The notes below the pieces were generated by a model. It did not search any database. It was not told the origin of the DNA and saw only the letters and a list, made by a program, of their open reading frames with translations. Of a stretch of 21,943 bases of DNA, positions 7,723 to 20,554 are shown one piece after another; the stretch's first letter is position 1, and every line of letters begins with the position of its first letter. A program made the position numbers and the translations under genes. Location: positions 1 through 21,943 of the forward strand of contig JBHGNT010000515.1 of NCBI GenBank assembly GCA_043228905.1, given 5' to 3'. The DNA is from Azolla caroliniana. Its lineage: Eukaryota; Plantae; Polypodiophyta.

Positions 7723-8644
7723 CAGGATCCTCCTGCTTCGACCTACCATATCACTAGCCCTATACTCACCTCCATCACACCAGGAGTGGGATTATGCACT
7801 TGGGCATTTCAAATCTACTAACCTATGGACGCTTCGTCCATATTGCAACGTAGACAGTATGTAACCTCATGATAGCCACCTACACATGTGATGCCATTGA
7901 GGTTGTAGAGTGCGTATGGGCCTCGTAAAACGAGGATAAGGTGGTGAGAAAAGGTTTTTAGGGTGTTGGTTCTCTCCACGAAAACGTTATCGGTGGTTGT
8001 GGCCACGAGGGGGTTTAGAATCCATTGCGACCAACATACGGACGACGACACGCGTTTTCATTGTGATTACAAGATCCGTCGTCGTTGTGGACGCTGCAAC
8101 CACCGGAGGAATATGAAGGTGGCACCATTCAAGGACAACATTTCTAGGTGAAACATGCGTGGGTTGGTTGGTTCACACGATGATGAAAATGGTAGATAGA
8201 CATGGGAATTTCATGTGGAATCATGTTTGTAGTAGGAGTTACGATCAGCCACTACTATTGCGCACATCATGGTACGGCGAGACACGGCATTGTATGAGGG
8301 TGGCTTCAATACAACATTGTGATGGCATCGACGTTTGACGAGTTTCGCGTTGCTCGTGAGAGAGATAGCGATAGATGGATAGAGATAGATATAGGTAGGG
8401 TGGGAGTGGGTAGTGTGCGTGTGGGCACGTTACCTAATCATGTGTGCGTGGAGTTTCATTTTGCTTGTGCAATGAGCGAGCGAGGGCACGCGACCTGATC
8501 GTGCGTGCGTGCGTGCATGTTGTGCGCGAGCGTGGGAGAAATATGATTGAGAGGGTTATGAGAACGTCAAGACACCACACAGAGCACACCATTTACATTT
8601 ACGATGTTCAGAAAGTGTATAGTTGAAAAAGTTATGTACGTTCT

Positions 8645-9682
8645 TTAAAAGTGGCGAATACAAGCGCGTGGGCGAAGATCACATTGTTGGAGAAGGCGAG
8701 AGGTTGCCACGCTTAGAAGTTGTTCCTCCTCACCGGCCTTGAAACGACGACGTTGTTCCTCATCTTGTCGTCCGGTCATGCGATAACGGCGCTCGTCCTC
8801 CTCGCGCTCGCTACTGTCTCTCTCTCGCTCGGCATCCTCTTCCCATTGACGACGTTCCCTTGACACTTGGTTATGGCGGTGACCATCATTGCGTGCCTCT
8901 TCTCCGCTAATGTATAAGGCCTCGCGGAGGCGGTTGCAACGCTCTTCTACGGGGATTTGTTCCACGTTCCTGCAGCATCTTTCGGAGGGCCTTGCATATC
9001 GGCTGATTTCATCCCAAGAGGTGCGACGGCTTCGTCCACGTTCTTCCTTCTCATTACGTTCTTGTAGGTGGCGGACCTGCCTATCGACGAAGTTTTGGCA
9101 CTCTTGCCTCAACTCTCGGTCTCGTGGCTCATCGCGATCGCGGCCGCGACGATCCCGTTCCTCTTCGGACTCTCTCTTGTTGTCTCTGCGACGTCCTTCA
9201 TCGAGGGATCCTTCACGACGTCGGTCGCGCCTCTCCTGCTCGACATCCTCCTCCCTGCGTCGATCGCGCCTCTCGTCACGTGACTCATCACGATCGCGAC
9301 CGCGACGATCCCGTTCCTCTTCGGACTCTCTCTTGTTGTCTCCGTAGCGCCCCTCCTCGATGGACCCCTCGCGACGTCCCCCGCGCCTCTCCTCATCGAA
9401 ATCCTCCTCCCTGCGTCGATCGCGCCTCTCCTCACGTGGCTCATCGCGATCGTGACTGCGACGATCCCGGTCCTCATCCGACTCTCTCTTGTTGTCTCTG
9501 TAGCGCCCCTCATCGATGGATCCCTCACGACGTCCGCTGCGCCTCTCCTCGTCGACATCCTCCTCCCTACGTCGATCGCGCCTCTCCTCTTCGCGATCCC
9601 GTCCTACAGATCTAGCATTGGCCGCGCCGCAGGCGGCTAGCATGATAACCGCCATGAGGAATATGATAGTGAGCTTCGCCAT
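8645..9682 (-). CDS. 2S albumin-like storage protein precursor (copy 5), 345 aa
   Basis: Translation identical to copy 1. Confidence 0.85.
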   Translation of the reverse strand: MAKLTIIFLMAVIMLAACGAANARSVGRDREEERRDRRREEDVDEERRSGRREGSIDEGRYRDNKRESDEDRDRRSHDRDEPREERRDRRREEDFDEERRGGRREGSIEEGRYGDNKRESEEERDRRGRDRDESRDERRDRRREEDVEQERRDRRREGSLDEGRRRDNKRESEEERDRRGRDRDEPRDRELRQECQNFVDRQVRHLQERNEKEERGRSRRTSWDEISRYARPSERCCRNVEQIPVEERCNRLREALYISGEEARNDGHRHNQVSRERRQWEEDAERERDSSEREEDERRYRMTGRQDEEQRRRFKAGEEEQLLSVATSRLLQQCDLRPRACIRHF

Positions 9683-9748
9683 TGCTTGTGTTCGGAACTA
9701 CCCCGGTTCTCTCTCCGCCTATTTGAGTGTGTCATGGTTGATCCACCC

Positions 9749-9883
9749 TTATATACACAAGGCCATGCATGTCTAGTACATGCATGTCCCTTCCCACGTC
9801 CATTCCTATAGACGTTAATGGCATGATCCATACTTGGGCCACGGAAGAGACCATTCACTTTTATCCACCCCCCTTTACGTGTC
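9749..9883 (-). promoter_or_regulatory. TATA + 2xRY + ABRE promoter module, copy 5
   Basis: Same sequence as 1132-1266. Confidence 0.75.
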
Positions 9884-10805
9884 CAGGATCCTCCTGCTTC
9901 GACCTACCATATCACTAGCCCTATACTCACCTCCATCACACCAGGAGTGGGATTATGCACTTGGGCATTTCAAATCTACTAACCTATGGACGCTTCGTCC
10001 ATATTGCAACGTAGACAGTATGTAACCTCATGATAGCCACCTACACATGTGATGCCATTGAGGTTGTAGAGTGCGTATGGGCCTCGTAAAACGAGGATAA
10101 GGTGGTGAGAAAAGGTTTTTAGGGTGTTGGTTCTCTCCACGAAAACGTTATCGGTGGTTGTGGCCACGAGGGGGTTTAGAATCCATTGCGACCAACATAC
10201 GGACGACGACACGCGTTTTCATTGTGATTACAAGATCCGTCGTCGTTGTGGACGCTGCAACCACCGGAGGAATATGAAGGTGGCACCATTCAAGGACAAC
10301 ATTTCTAGGTGAAACATGCGTGGGTTGGTTGGTTCACACGATGATGAAAATGGTAGATAGACATGGGAATTTCATGTGGAATCATGTTTGTAGTAGGAGT
10401 TACGATCAGCCACTACTATTGCGCACATCATGGTACGGCGAGACACGGCATTGTATGAGGGTGGCTTCAATACAACATTGTGATGGCATCGACGTTTGAC
10501 GAGTTTCGCGTTGCTCGTGAGAGAGATAGCGATAGATGGATAGAGATAGATATAGGTAGGGTGGGAGTGGGTAGTGTGCGTGTGGGCACGTTACCTAATC
10601 ATGTGTGCGTGGAGTTTCATTTTGCTTGTGCAATGAGCGAGCGAGGGCACGCGACCTGATCGTGCGTGCGTGCGTGCATGTTGTGCGCGAGCGTGGGAGA
10701 AATATGATTGAGAGGGTTATGAGAACGTCAAGACACCACACAGAGCACACCATTTACATTTACGATGTTCAGAAAGTGTATAGTTGAAAAAGTTATGTAC
10801 GTTCT

Positions 10806-11843
10806 TTAAAAGTGGCGAATACAAGCGCGTGGGCGAAGATCACATTGTTGGAGAAGGCGAGAGGTTGCCACGCTTAGAAGTTGTTCCTCCTCACCGGCCT
10901 TGAAACGACGACGTTGTTCCTCATCTTGTCGTCCGGTCATGCGATAACGGCGCTCGTCCTCCTCGCGCTCGCTACTGTCTCTCTCTCGCTCGGCATCCTC
11001 TTCCCATTGACGACGTTCCCTTGACACTTGGTTATGGCGGTGACCATCATTGCGTGCCTCTTCTCCGCTAATGTATAAGGCCTCGCGGAGGCGGTTGCAA
11101 CGCTCTTCTACGGGGATTTGTTCCACGTTCCTGCAGCATCTTTCGGAGGGCCTTGCATATCGGCTGATTTCATCCCAAGAGGTGCGACGGCTTCGTCCAC
11201 GTTCTTCCTTCTCATTACGTTCTTGTAGGTGGCGGACCTGCCTATCGACGAAGTTTTGGCACTCTTGCCTCAACTCTCGGTCTCGTGGCTCATCGCGATC
11301 GCGGCCGCGACGATCCCGTTCCTCTTCGGACTCTCTCTTGTTGTCTCTGCGACGTCCTTCATCGAGGGATCCTTCACGACGTCGGTCGCGCCTCTCCTGC
11401 TCGACATCCTCCTCCCTGCGTCGATCGCGCCTCTCGTCACGTGACTCATCACGATCGCGACCGCGACGATCCCGTTCCTCTTCGGACTCTCTCTTGTTGT
11501 CTCCGTAGCGCCCCTCCTCGATGGACCCCTCGCGACGTCCCCCGCGCCTCTCCTCATCGAAATCCTCCTCCCTGCGTCGATCGCGCCTCTCCTCACGTGG
11601 CTCATCGCGATCGTGACTGCGACGATCCCGGTCCTCATCCGACTCTCTCTTGTTGTCTCTGTAGCGCCCCTCATCGATGGATCCCTCACGACGTCCGCTG
11701 CGCCTCTCCTCGTCGACATCCTCCTCCCTACGTCGATCGCGCCTCTCCTCTTCGCGATCCCGTCCTACAGATCTAGCATTGGCCGCGCCGCAGGCGGCTA
11801 GCATGATAACCGCCATGAGGAATATGATAGTGAGCTTCGCCAT
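10806..11843 (-). CDS. 2S albumin-like storage protein precursor (copy 6), 345 aa
   Basis: Translation identical to copy 1. Confidence 0.85.
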   Translation of the reverse strand: MAKLTIIFLMAVIMLAACGAANARSVGRDREEERRDRRREEDVDEERRSGRREGSIDEGRYRDNKRESDEDRDRRSHDRDEPREERRDRRREEDFDEERRGGRREGSIEEGRYGDNKRESEEERDRRGRDRDESRDERRDRRREEDVEQERRDRRREGSLDEGRRRDNKRESEEERDRRGRDRDEPRDRELRQECQNFVDRQVRHLQERNEKEERGRSRRTSWDEISRYARPSERCCRNVEQIPVEERCNRLREALYISGEEARNDGHRHNQVSRERRQWEEDAERERDSSEREEDERRYRMTGRQDEEQRRRFKAGEEEQLLSVATSRLLQQCDLRPRACIRHF

Positions 11844-11909
11844 TGCTTGTGTTCGGAACTACCCCGGTTCTCTCTCCGCCTATTTGAGTGTGTCATGGTT
11901 GATCCACCC

Positions 11910-12044
11910 TTATATACACAAGGCCATGCATGTCTAGTACATGCATGTCCCTTCCCACGTCCATTCCTATAGACGTTAATGGCATGATCCATACTTGGGC
12001 CACGGAAGAGACCATTCACTTTTATCCACCCCCCTTTACGTGTC
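11910..12044 (-). promoter_or_regulatory. TATA + 2xRY + ABRE promoter module, copy 6
   Basis: Same sequence as 1132-1266. Confidence 0.75.
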
Positions 12045-12966
12045 CAGGATCCTCCTGCTTCGACCTACCATATCACTAGCCCTATACTCACCTCCATCAC
12101 ACCAGGAGTGGGATTATGCACTTGGGCATTTCAAATCTACTAACCTATGGACGCTTCGTCCATATTGCAACGTAGACAGTATGTAACCTCATGATAGCCA
12201 CCTACACATGTGATGCCATTGAGGTTGTAGAGTGCGTATGGGCCTCGTAAAACGAGGATAAGGTGGTGAGAAAAGGTTTTTAGGGTGTTGGTTCTCTCCA
12301 CGAAAACGTTATCGGTGGTTGTGGCCACGAGGGGGTTTAGAATCCATTGCGACCAACATACGGACGACGACACGCGTTTTCATTGTGATTACAAGATCCG
12401 TCGTCGTTGTGGACGCTGCAACCACCGGAGGAATATGAAGGTGGCACCATTCAAGGACAACATTTCTAGGTGAAACATGCGTGGGTTGGTTGGTTCACAC
12501 GATGATGAAAATGGTAGATAGACATGGGAATTTCATGTGGAATCATGTTTGTAGTAGGAGTTACGATCAGCCACTACTATTGCGCACATCATGGTACGGC
12601 GAGACACGGCATTGTATGAGGGTGGCTTCAATACAACATTGTGATGGCATCGACGTTTGACGAGTTTCGCGTTGCTCGTGAGAGAGATAGCGATAGATGG
12701 ATAGAGATAGATATAGGTAGGGTGGGAGTGGGTAGTGTGCGTGTGGGCACGTTACCTAATCATGTGTGCGTGGAGTTTCATTTTGCTTGTGCAATGAGCG
12801 AGCGAGGGCACGCGACCTGATCGTGCGTGCGTGCGTGCATGTTGTGCGCGAGCGTGGGAGAAATATGATTGAGAGGGTTATGAGAACGTCAAGACACCAC
12901 ACAGAGCACACCATTTACATTTACGATGTTCAGAAAGTGTATAGTTGAAAAAGTTATGTACGTTCT

Positions 12967-14004
12967 TTAAAAGTGGCGAATACAAGCGCGTGGGCGAAGA
13001 TCACATTGTTGGAGAAGGCGAGAGGTTGCCACGCTTAGAAGTTGTTCCTCCTCACCGGCCTTGAAACGACGACGTTGTTCCTCATCTTGTCGTCCGGTCA
13101 TGCGATAACGGCGCTCGTCCTCCTCGCGCTCGCTACTGTCTCTCTCTCGCTCGGCATCCTCTTCCCATTGACGACGTTCCCTTGACACTTGGTTATGGCG
13201 GTGACCATCATTGCGTGCCTCTTCTCCGCTAATGTATAAGGCCTCGCGGAGGCGGTTGCAACGCTCTTCTACGGGGATTTGTTCCACGTTCCTGCAGCAT
13301 CTTTCGGAGGGCCTTGCATATCGGCTGATTTCATCCCAAGAGGTGCGACGGCTTCGTCCACGTTCTTCCTTCTCATTACGTTCTTGTAGGTGGCGGACCT
13401 GCCTATCGACGAAGTTTTGGCACTCTTGCCTCAACTCTCGGTCTCGTGGCTCATCGCGATCGCGGCCGCGACGATCCCGTTCCTCTTCGGACTCTCTCTT
13501 GTTGTCTCTGCGACGTCCTTCATCGAGGGATCCTTCACGACGTCGGTCGCGCCTCTCCTGCTCGACATCCTCCTCCCTGCGTCGATCGCGCCTCTCGTCA
13601 CGTGACTCATCACGATCGCGACCGCGACGATCCCGTTCCTCTTCGGACTCTCTCTTGTTGTCTCCGTAGCGCCCCTCCTCGATGGACCCCTCGCGACGTC
13701 CCCCGCGCCTCTCCTCATCGAAATCCTCCTCCCTGCGTCGATCGCGCCTCTCCTCACGTGGCTCATCGCGATCGTGACTGCGACGATCCCGGTCCTCATC
13801 CGACTCTCTCTTGTTGTCTCTGTAGCGCCCCTCATCGATGGATCCCTCACGACGTCCGCTGCGCCTCTCCTCGTCGACATCCTCCTCCCTACGTCGATCG
13901 CGCCTCTCCTCTTCGCGATCCCGTCCTACAGATCTAGCATTGGCCGCGCCGCAGGCGGCTAGCATGATAACCGCCATGAGGAATATGATAGTGAGCTTCG
14001 CCAT
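12967..14004 (-). CDS. 2S albumin-like storage protein precursor (copy 7), 345 aa
   Basis: Translation identical to copy 1. Confidence 0.85.
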   Translation of the reverse strand: MAKLTIIFLMAVIMLAACGAANARSVGRDREEERRDRRREEDVDEERRSGRREGSIDEGRYRDNKRESDEDRDRRSHDRDEPREERRDRRREEDFDEERRGGRREGSIEEGRYGDNKRESEEERDRRGRDRDESRDERRDRRREEDVEQERRDRRREGSLDEGRRRDNKRESEEERDRRGRDRDEPRDRELRQECQNFVDRQVRHLQERNEKEERGRSRRTSWDEISRYARPSERCCRNVEQIPVEERCNRLREALYISGEEARNDGHRHNQVSRERRQWEEDAERERDSSEREEDERRYRMTGRQDEEQRRRFKAGEEEQLLSVATSRLLQQCDLRPRACIRHF

Positions 14005-14070
14005 TGCTTGTGTTCGGAACTACCCCGGTTCTCTCTCCGCCTATTTGAGTGTGTCATGGTTGATCCACCC

Positions 14071-14205
14071 TTATATACACAAGGCCATGCATGTCTAGTA
14101 CATGCATGTCCCTTCCCACGTCCATTCCTATAGACGTTAATGGCATGATCCATACTTGGGCCACGGAAGAGACCATTCACTTTTATCCACCCCCCTTTAC
14201 GTGTC
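14071..14205 (-). promoter_or_regulatory. TATA + 2xRY + ABRE promoter module, copy 7
   Basis: Same sequence as 1132-1266. Confidence 0.75.
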
Positions 14206-15128
14206 CAGGATCCTCCTGCTTCGACCTACCATATCACTAGCCCTATACTCACCTCCATCACACCAGGAGTGGGATTATGCACTTGGGCATTTCAAATCTA
14301 CTAACCTATGGACGCTTCGTCCATATTGCAACGAGACAGTATGTAACCTCATGATAGCCACCTACACATGTGATGCCATTGAGGTTGTAGAGTGCGTATG
14401 GGCCTCGTAAAACGAGGATAAGGTGGTGAGAAAAGGTTTTTAGGGTGTTGGTTCTCTCCACGAAAACGTTATCGGTGGTTGTGGCCACGAGGGGGTTTAG
14501 AATCCATTGCGACCAACATACGGACGACGACACGCGTTTTCATTGTGATTACAAGATCCGTCGTCGTTGTGGACGCTGCAACCACCGGAGGAATATGAAG
14601 GTGGCACCATTCAAGGACAACATTTCTAGGTGAAACATGCGTGGGTTGGTTGGTTCACACGATGATGAAAATGGTAGATAGACATGGGAATTTCATGTGG
14701 AATCATGTTTGTAGTAGGAGTTACGATCAGCCACTACTATTGCGCACATCATGGTACGGCGAGACACGGCATTGTATGAGGGTGGCTTCAATACAACATT
14801 GTGATGGCATCGACGTTTGACGAGTTTCGCGTTGCTCGTGAGAGAGATAGCGATAGATGGATAGAGATAGATATAGGTAGGGTGGGAGTGTGGGTAGTGT
14901 GCGTGTGGGCACGTTACCTAATCATGTGTGCGTGGAGTTTCATTTTGCTTGTGCAATGAGCGAGCGAGGGCACGCGACCTGATCGTGCGTGCGTGCGTGC
15001 ATGTTGTGCGCGAGCGTGGGAGAAATATGATTGAGAGGGTTATGAGAACGTCAAGACACCACACAGAGCACACCATTTACATTTACGATGTTCAGAAAGT
15101 GTATAGTTGAAAAAGTTATGTACGTTCT

Positions 15129-16166
15129 TTAAAAGTGGCGAATACAAGCGCGTGGGCGAAGATCACATTGTTGGAGAAGGCGAGAGGTTGCCACGCTTAG
15201 AAGTTGTTCCTCCTCACCGGCCTTGAAACGACGACGTTGTTCCTCATCTTGTCGTCCGGTCATGCGATAACGGCGCTCGTCCTCCTCGCGCTCGCTACTG
15301 TCTCTCTCTCGCTCGGCATCCTCTTCCCATTGACGACGTTCCCTTGACACTTGGTTATGGCGGTGACCATCATTGCGTGCCTCTTCTCCGCTAATGTATA
15401 AGGCCTCGCGGAGGCGGTTGCAACGCTCTTCTACGGGGATTTGTTCCACGTTCCTGCAGCATCTTTCGGAGGGCCTTGCATATCGGCTGATTTCATCCCA
15501 AGAGGTGCGACGGCTTCGTCCACGTTCTTCCTTCTCATTACGTTCTTGTAGGTGGCGGACCTGCCTATCGACGAAGTTTTGGCACTCTTGCCTCAACTCT
15601 CGGTCTCGTGGCTCATCGCGATCGCGGCCGCGACGATCCCGTTCCTCTTCGGACTCTCTCTTGTTGTCTCTGCGACGTCCTTCATCGAGGGATCCTTCAC
15701 GACGTCGGTCGCGCCTCTCCTGCTCGACATCCTCCTCCCTGCGTCGATCGCGCCTCTCGTCACGTGACTCATCACGATCGCGACCGCGACGATCCCGTTC
15801 CTCTTCGGACTCTCTCTTGTTGTCTCCGTAGCGCCCCTCCTCGATGGACCCCTCGCGACGTCCCCCGCGCCTCTCCTCATCGAAATCCTCCTCCCTGCGT
15901 CGATCGCGCCTCTCCTCACGTGGCTCATCGCGATCGTGACTGCGACGATCCCGGTCCTCATCCGACTCTCTCTTGTTGTCTCTGTAGCGCCCCTCATCGA
16001 TGGATCCCTCACGACGTCCGCTGCGCCTCTCCTCGTCGACATCCTCCTCCCTACGTCGATCGCGCCTCTCCTCTTCGCGATCCCGTCCTACAGATCTAGC
16101 ATTGGCCGCGCCGCAGGCGGCTAGCATGATAACCGCCATGAGGAATATGATAGTGAGCTTCGCCAT
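15129..16166 (-). CDS. 2S albumin-like storage protein precursor (copy 8), 345 aa
   Basis: Translation identical to copy 1. Confidence 0.85.
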   Translation of the reverse strand: MAKLTIIFLMAVIMLAACGAANARSVGRDREEERRDRRREEDVDEERRSGRREGSIDEGRYRDNKRESDEDRDRRSHDRDEPREERRDRRREEDFDEERRGGRREGSIEEGRYGDNKRESEEERDRRGRDRDESRDERRDRRREEDVEQERRDRRREGSLDEGRRRDNKRESEEERDRRGRDRDEPRDRELRQECQNFVDRQVRHLQERNEKEERGRSRRTSWDEISRYARPSERCCRNVEQIPVEERCNRLREALYISGEEARNDGHRHNQVSRERRQWEEDAERERDSSEREEDERRYRMTGRQDEEQRRRFKAGEEEQLLSVATSRLLQQCDLRPRACIRHF

Positions 16167-16232
16167 TGCTTGTGTTCGGAACTACCCCGGTTCTCTCTCC
16201 GCCTATTTGAGTGTGTCATGGTTGATCCACCC

Positions 16233-16367
16233 TTATATACACAAGGCCATGCATGTCTAGTACATGCATGTCCCTTCCCACGTCCATTCCTATAGACGTT
16301 AATGGCATGATCCATACTTGGGCCACGGAAGAGACCATTCACTTTTATCCACCCCCCTTTACGTGTC
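16233..16367 (-). promoter_or_regulatory. TATA + 2xRY + ABRE promoter module, copy 8
   Basis: Same sequence as 1132-1266. Confidence 0.75.
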
Positions 16368-17289
16368 CAGGATCCTCCTGCTTCGACCTACCATATCACT
16401 AGCCCTATACTCACCTCCATCACACCAGGAGTGGGATTATGCACTTGGGCATTTCAAATCTACTAACCTATGGACGCTTCGTCCATATTGCAACGTAGAC
16501 AGTATGTAACCTCATGATAGCCACCTACACATGTGATGCCATTGAGGTTGTAGAGTGCGTATGGGCCTCGTAAAACGAGGATAAGGTGGTGAGAAAAGGT
16601 TTTTAGGGTGTTGGTTCTCTCCACGAAAACGTTATCGGTGGTTGTGGCCACGAGGGGGTTTAGAATCCATTGCGACCAACATACGGACGACGACACGCGT
16701 TTTCATTGTGATTACAAGATCCGTCGTCGTTGTGGACGCTGCAACCACCGGAGGAATATGAAGGTGGCACCATTCAAGGACAACATTTCTAGGTGAAACA
16801 TGCGTGGGTTGGTTGGTTCACACGATGATGAAAATGGTAGATAGACATGGGAATTTCATGTGGAATCATGTTTGTAGTAGGAGTTACGATCAGCCACTAC
16901 TATTGCGCACATCATGGTACGGCGAGACACGGCATTGTATGAGGGTGGCTTCAATACAACATTGTGATGGCATCGACGTTTGACGAGTTTCGCGTTGCTC
17001 GTGAGAGAGATAGCGATAGATGGATAGAGATAGATATAGGTAGGGTGGGAGTGGGTAGTGTGCGTGTGGGCACGTTACCTAATCATGTGTGCGTGGAGTT
17101 TCATTTTGCTTGTGCAATGAGCGAGCGAGGGCACGCGACCTGATCGTGCGTGCGTGCGTGCATGTTGTGCGCGAGCGTGGGAGAAATATGATTGAGAGGG
17201 TTATGAGAACGTCAAGACACCACACAGAGCACACCATTTACATTTACGATGTTCAGAAAGTGTATAGTTGAAAAAGTTATGTACGTTCT

Positions 17290-18328
17290 TTAAAAGTGGC
17301 GAATACAAGCGCGTGGGCGAAGATCACATTGTTGGAGAAGGCGAGAGGTTGCCACGCTTTGAAGTTGTTCCTCCTCACCGGCCTTGAAACGACGACGTTG
17401 TTCCTCATCTTGTCGTCCGGTCATGCGATAACGGCGCTCGTCCTCCTCGCGCTCGCTACTGTCTCTCTCTCGCTCGGCATCCTCTTCCCATTGACGACGT
17501 TCCCTTGACACTTGGTTATGGCGGTGACCATCATTGCGTGCCTCTTCTCCGCTAATGTATAAGGCCTCGCGGAGGCGGTTGCAACGCTCTTCTACGGGGA
17601 TTTGTTCCACGTTCCTGCAGCATCTTTCGGAGGGCCTTGCATATCGGCTGATTTCATCCCAAGAGGTGCGACGGCTTCGTCCACGTTCTTCCTTCTCATT
17701 ACGTTCTTGTAGGTGGCGGACCTGCCTATCGACGAAGTTTTGGCACTCTTGCCTCAACTCTCGGTCTCGTGGCTCATCGCGATCGCGGCCGCGACGATCC
17801 CGTTCCTCTTCGGACTCTCTCTTGTTGTCTCTGCGACGTCCTTCATCGAGGGATCCTTCACGACGTCGGTCGCGCCTCTCCTGCTCGACATCCTCCTCCC
17901 TGCGTCGATCGCGCCTCTCGTCACGTGACTCATCACGATCGCGACCGCGACGATCCCGTTTCCTCTTCGGACTCTCTCTTGTTGTCTCCGTAGCGCCCCT
18001 CCTCGATGGACCCCTCGCGACGTCCCCCGCGCCTCTCCTCATCGAAATCCTCCTCCCTGCGTCGATCGCGCCTCTCCTCACGTGGCTCATCGCGATCGTG
18101 ACTGCGACGATCCCGGTCCTCATCCGACTCTCTCTTGTTGTCTCTGTAGCGCCCCTCATCGATGGATCCCTCACGACGTCCGCTGCGCCTCTCCTCGTCG
18201 ACATCCTCCTCCCTACGTCGATCGCGCCTCTCCTCTTCGCGATCCCGTCCTACAGATCTAGCATTGGCCGCGCCGCAGGCGGCTAGCATGATAACCGCCA
18301 TGAGGAATATGATAGTGAGCTTCGCCAT
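17290..18328 (-). pseudogene. 2S albumin-like storage protein gene (copy 9) with a +1 frameshift; pseudogene or sequencing error
   Basis: Extra T in cccgtttcct (17959-17961; cccgttcct elsewhere) truncates the product at 131 aa. Also an A>T change at 17360 (Leu>Gln, EEEQLQSVA). The gene is certain; pseudogene status is not. Confidence 0.6.
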
Positions 18329-18394
18329 TGCTTGTGTTCGGAACTACCCCGGTTCTCTCTCCGCCTATTTGAGTGTGTCATGGTTGATCCACCC

Positions 18395-18529
18395 TTATAT
18401 ACACAAGGCCATGCATGTCTAGTACATGCATGTCCCTTCCCACGTCCATTCCTATAGACGTTAATGGCATGATCCATACTTGGGCCACGGAAGAGACCAT
18501 TCACTTTTATCCACCCCCCTTTACGTGTC
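18395..18529 (-). promoter_or_regulatory. TATA + 2xRY + ABRE promoter module, copy 9
   Basis: Same sequence as 1132-1266. Confidence 0.75.
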
Positions 18530-19450
18530 CAGGATCCTCCTGCTTCGACCTACCATATCACTAGCCCTATACTCACCTCCATCACACCAGGAGTGGGATT
18601 ATGCACTTGGGCATTTCAAATCTACTAACCTATGGACGCTTCGTCCATATTGCAACGTAGACAGTATGTAACCTCATGATAGCCACCTACACATGTGATG
18701 CCATTGAGGTTGTAGAGTGCGTATGGGCCTCGTAAAACGAGGATAAGGTGGTGAGAAAAGGTTTTTAGGGTGTTGGTTCTCTCCACGAAAACGTTATCGG
18801 TGGTTGTGGCCACGAGGGGGTTTAGAATCCATTGCGACCAACATACGGACGACGACACGCGTTTTCATTGTGATTACAAGATCCGTCGTCGTTGTGGACG
18901 CTGCAACCACCGGAGGAATATGAAGGTGGCACCATTCAAGGACAACATTTCTAGGTGAAACATGCGTGGGTTGGTTGGTTCACACGATGATGAAAATGGT
19001 AGATAGACATGGGAATTTCATGTGGAATCATGTTTGTAGTAGGAGTTACGATCAGCCACTACTATTGCGCACATCATGGTACGGCGAGACACGCATTGTA
19101 TGAGGGTGGCTTCAATACAACATTGTGATGGCATCGACGTTTGACGAGTTTCGCGTTGCTCGTGAGAGAGATAGCGATAGATGGATAGAGATAGATATAG
19201 GTAGGGTGGGAGTGGGTAGTGTGCGTGTGGGCACGTTACCTAATCATGTGTGCGTGGAGTTTCATTTTGCTTGTGCAATGAGCGAGCGAGGGCACGCGAC
19301 CTGATCGTGCGTGCGTGCGTGCATGTTGTGCGCGAGCGTGGGAGAAATATGATTGAGAGGGTTATGAGAACGTCAAGACACCACACAGAGCACACCATTT
19401 ACATTTACGATGTTCAGAAAGTGTATAGTTGAAAAAGTTATGTACGTTCT

Positions 19451-20488
19451 TTAAAAGTGGCGAATACAAGCGCGTGGGCGAAGATCACATTGTTGGAGAA
19501 GGCGAGAGGTTGCCACGCTTAGAAGTTGTTCCTCCTCACCGGCCTTGAAACGACGACGTTGTTCCTCATCTTGTCGTCCGGTCATGCGATAACGGCGCTC
19601 GTCCTCCTCGCGCTCGCTACTGTCTCTCTCTCGCTCGGCATCCTCTTCCCATTGACGACGTTCCCTTGACACTTGGTTATGGCGGTGACCATCATTGCGT
19701 GCCTCTTCTCCGCTAATGTATAAGGCCTCGCGGAGGCGGTTGCAACGCTCTTCTACGGGGATTTGTTCCACGTTCCTGCAGCATCTTTCGGAGGGCCTTG
19801 CATATCGGCTGATTTCATCCCAAGAGGTGCGACGGCTTCGTCCACGTTCTTCCTTCTCATTACGTTCTTGTAGGTGGCGGACCTGCCTATCGACGAAGTT
19901 TTGGCACTCTTGCCTCAACTCTCGGTCTCGTGGCTCATCGCGATCGCGGCCGCGACGATCCCGTTCCTCTTCGGACTCTCTCTTGTTGTCTCTGCGACGT
20001 CCTTCATCGAGGGATCCTTCACGACGTCGGTCGCGCCTCTCCTGCTCGACATCCTCCTCCCTGCGTCGATCGCGCCTCTCGTCACGTGACTCATCACGAT
20101 CGCGACCGCGACGATCCCGTTCCTCTTCGGACTCTCTCTTGTTGTCTCCGTAGCGCCCCTCCTCGATGGACCCCTCGCGACGTCCCCCGCGCCTCTCCTC
20201 ATCGAAATCCTCCTCCCTGCGTCGATCGCGCCTCTCCTCACGTGGCTCATCGCGATCGTGACTGCGACGATCCCGGTCCTCATCCGACTCTCTCTTGTTG
20301 TCTCTGTAGCGCCCCTCATCGATGGATCCCTCACGACGTCCGCTGCGCCTCTCCTCGTCGACATCCTCCTCCCTACGTCGATCGCGCCTCTCCTCTTCGC
20401 GATCCCGTCCTACAGATCTAGCATTGGCCGCGCCGCAGGCGGCTAGCATGATAACCGCCATGAGGAATATGATAGTGAGCTTCGCCAT
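19451..20488 (-). CDS. 2S albumin-like storage protein precursor (copy 10), 345 aa
   Basis: Translation identical to copy 1; indels lie only in its upstream region. Confidence 0.85.
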   Translation of the reverse strand: MAKLTIIFLMAVIMLAACGAANARSVGRDREEERRDRRREEDVDEERRSGRREGSIDEGRYRDNKRESDEDRDRRSHDRDEPREERRDRRREEDFDEERRGGRREGSIEEGRYGDNKRESEEERDRRGRDRDESRDERRDRRREEDVEQERRDRRREGSLDEGRRRDNKRESEEERDRRGRDRDEPRDRELRQECQNFVDRQVRHLQERNEKEERGRSRRTSWDEISRYARPSERCCRNVEQIPVEERCNRLREALYISGEEARNDGHRHNQVSRERRQWEEDAERERDSSEREEDERRYRMTGRQDEEQRRRFKAGEEEQLLSVATSRLLQQCDLRPRACIRHF

Positions 20489-20554
20489 TGCTTGTGTTCG
20501 GAACTACCCCGGTTCTCTCTCCGCCTATTTGAGTGTGTCATGGTTGATCCACCC

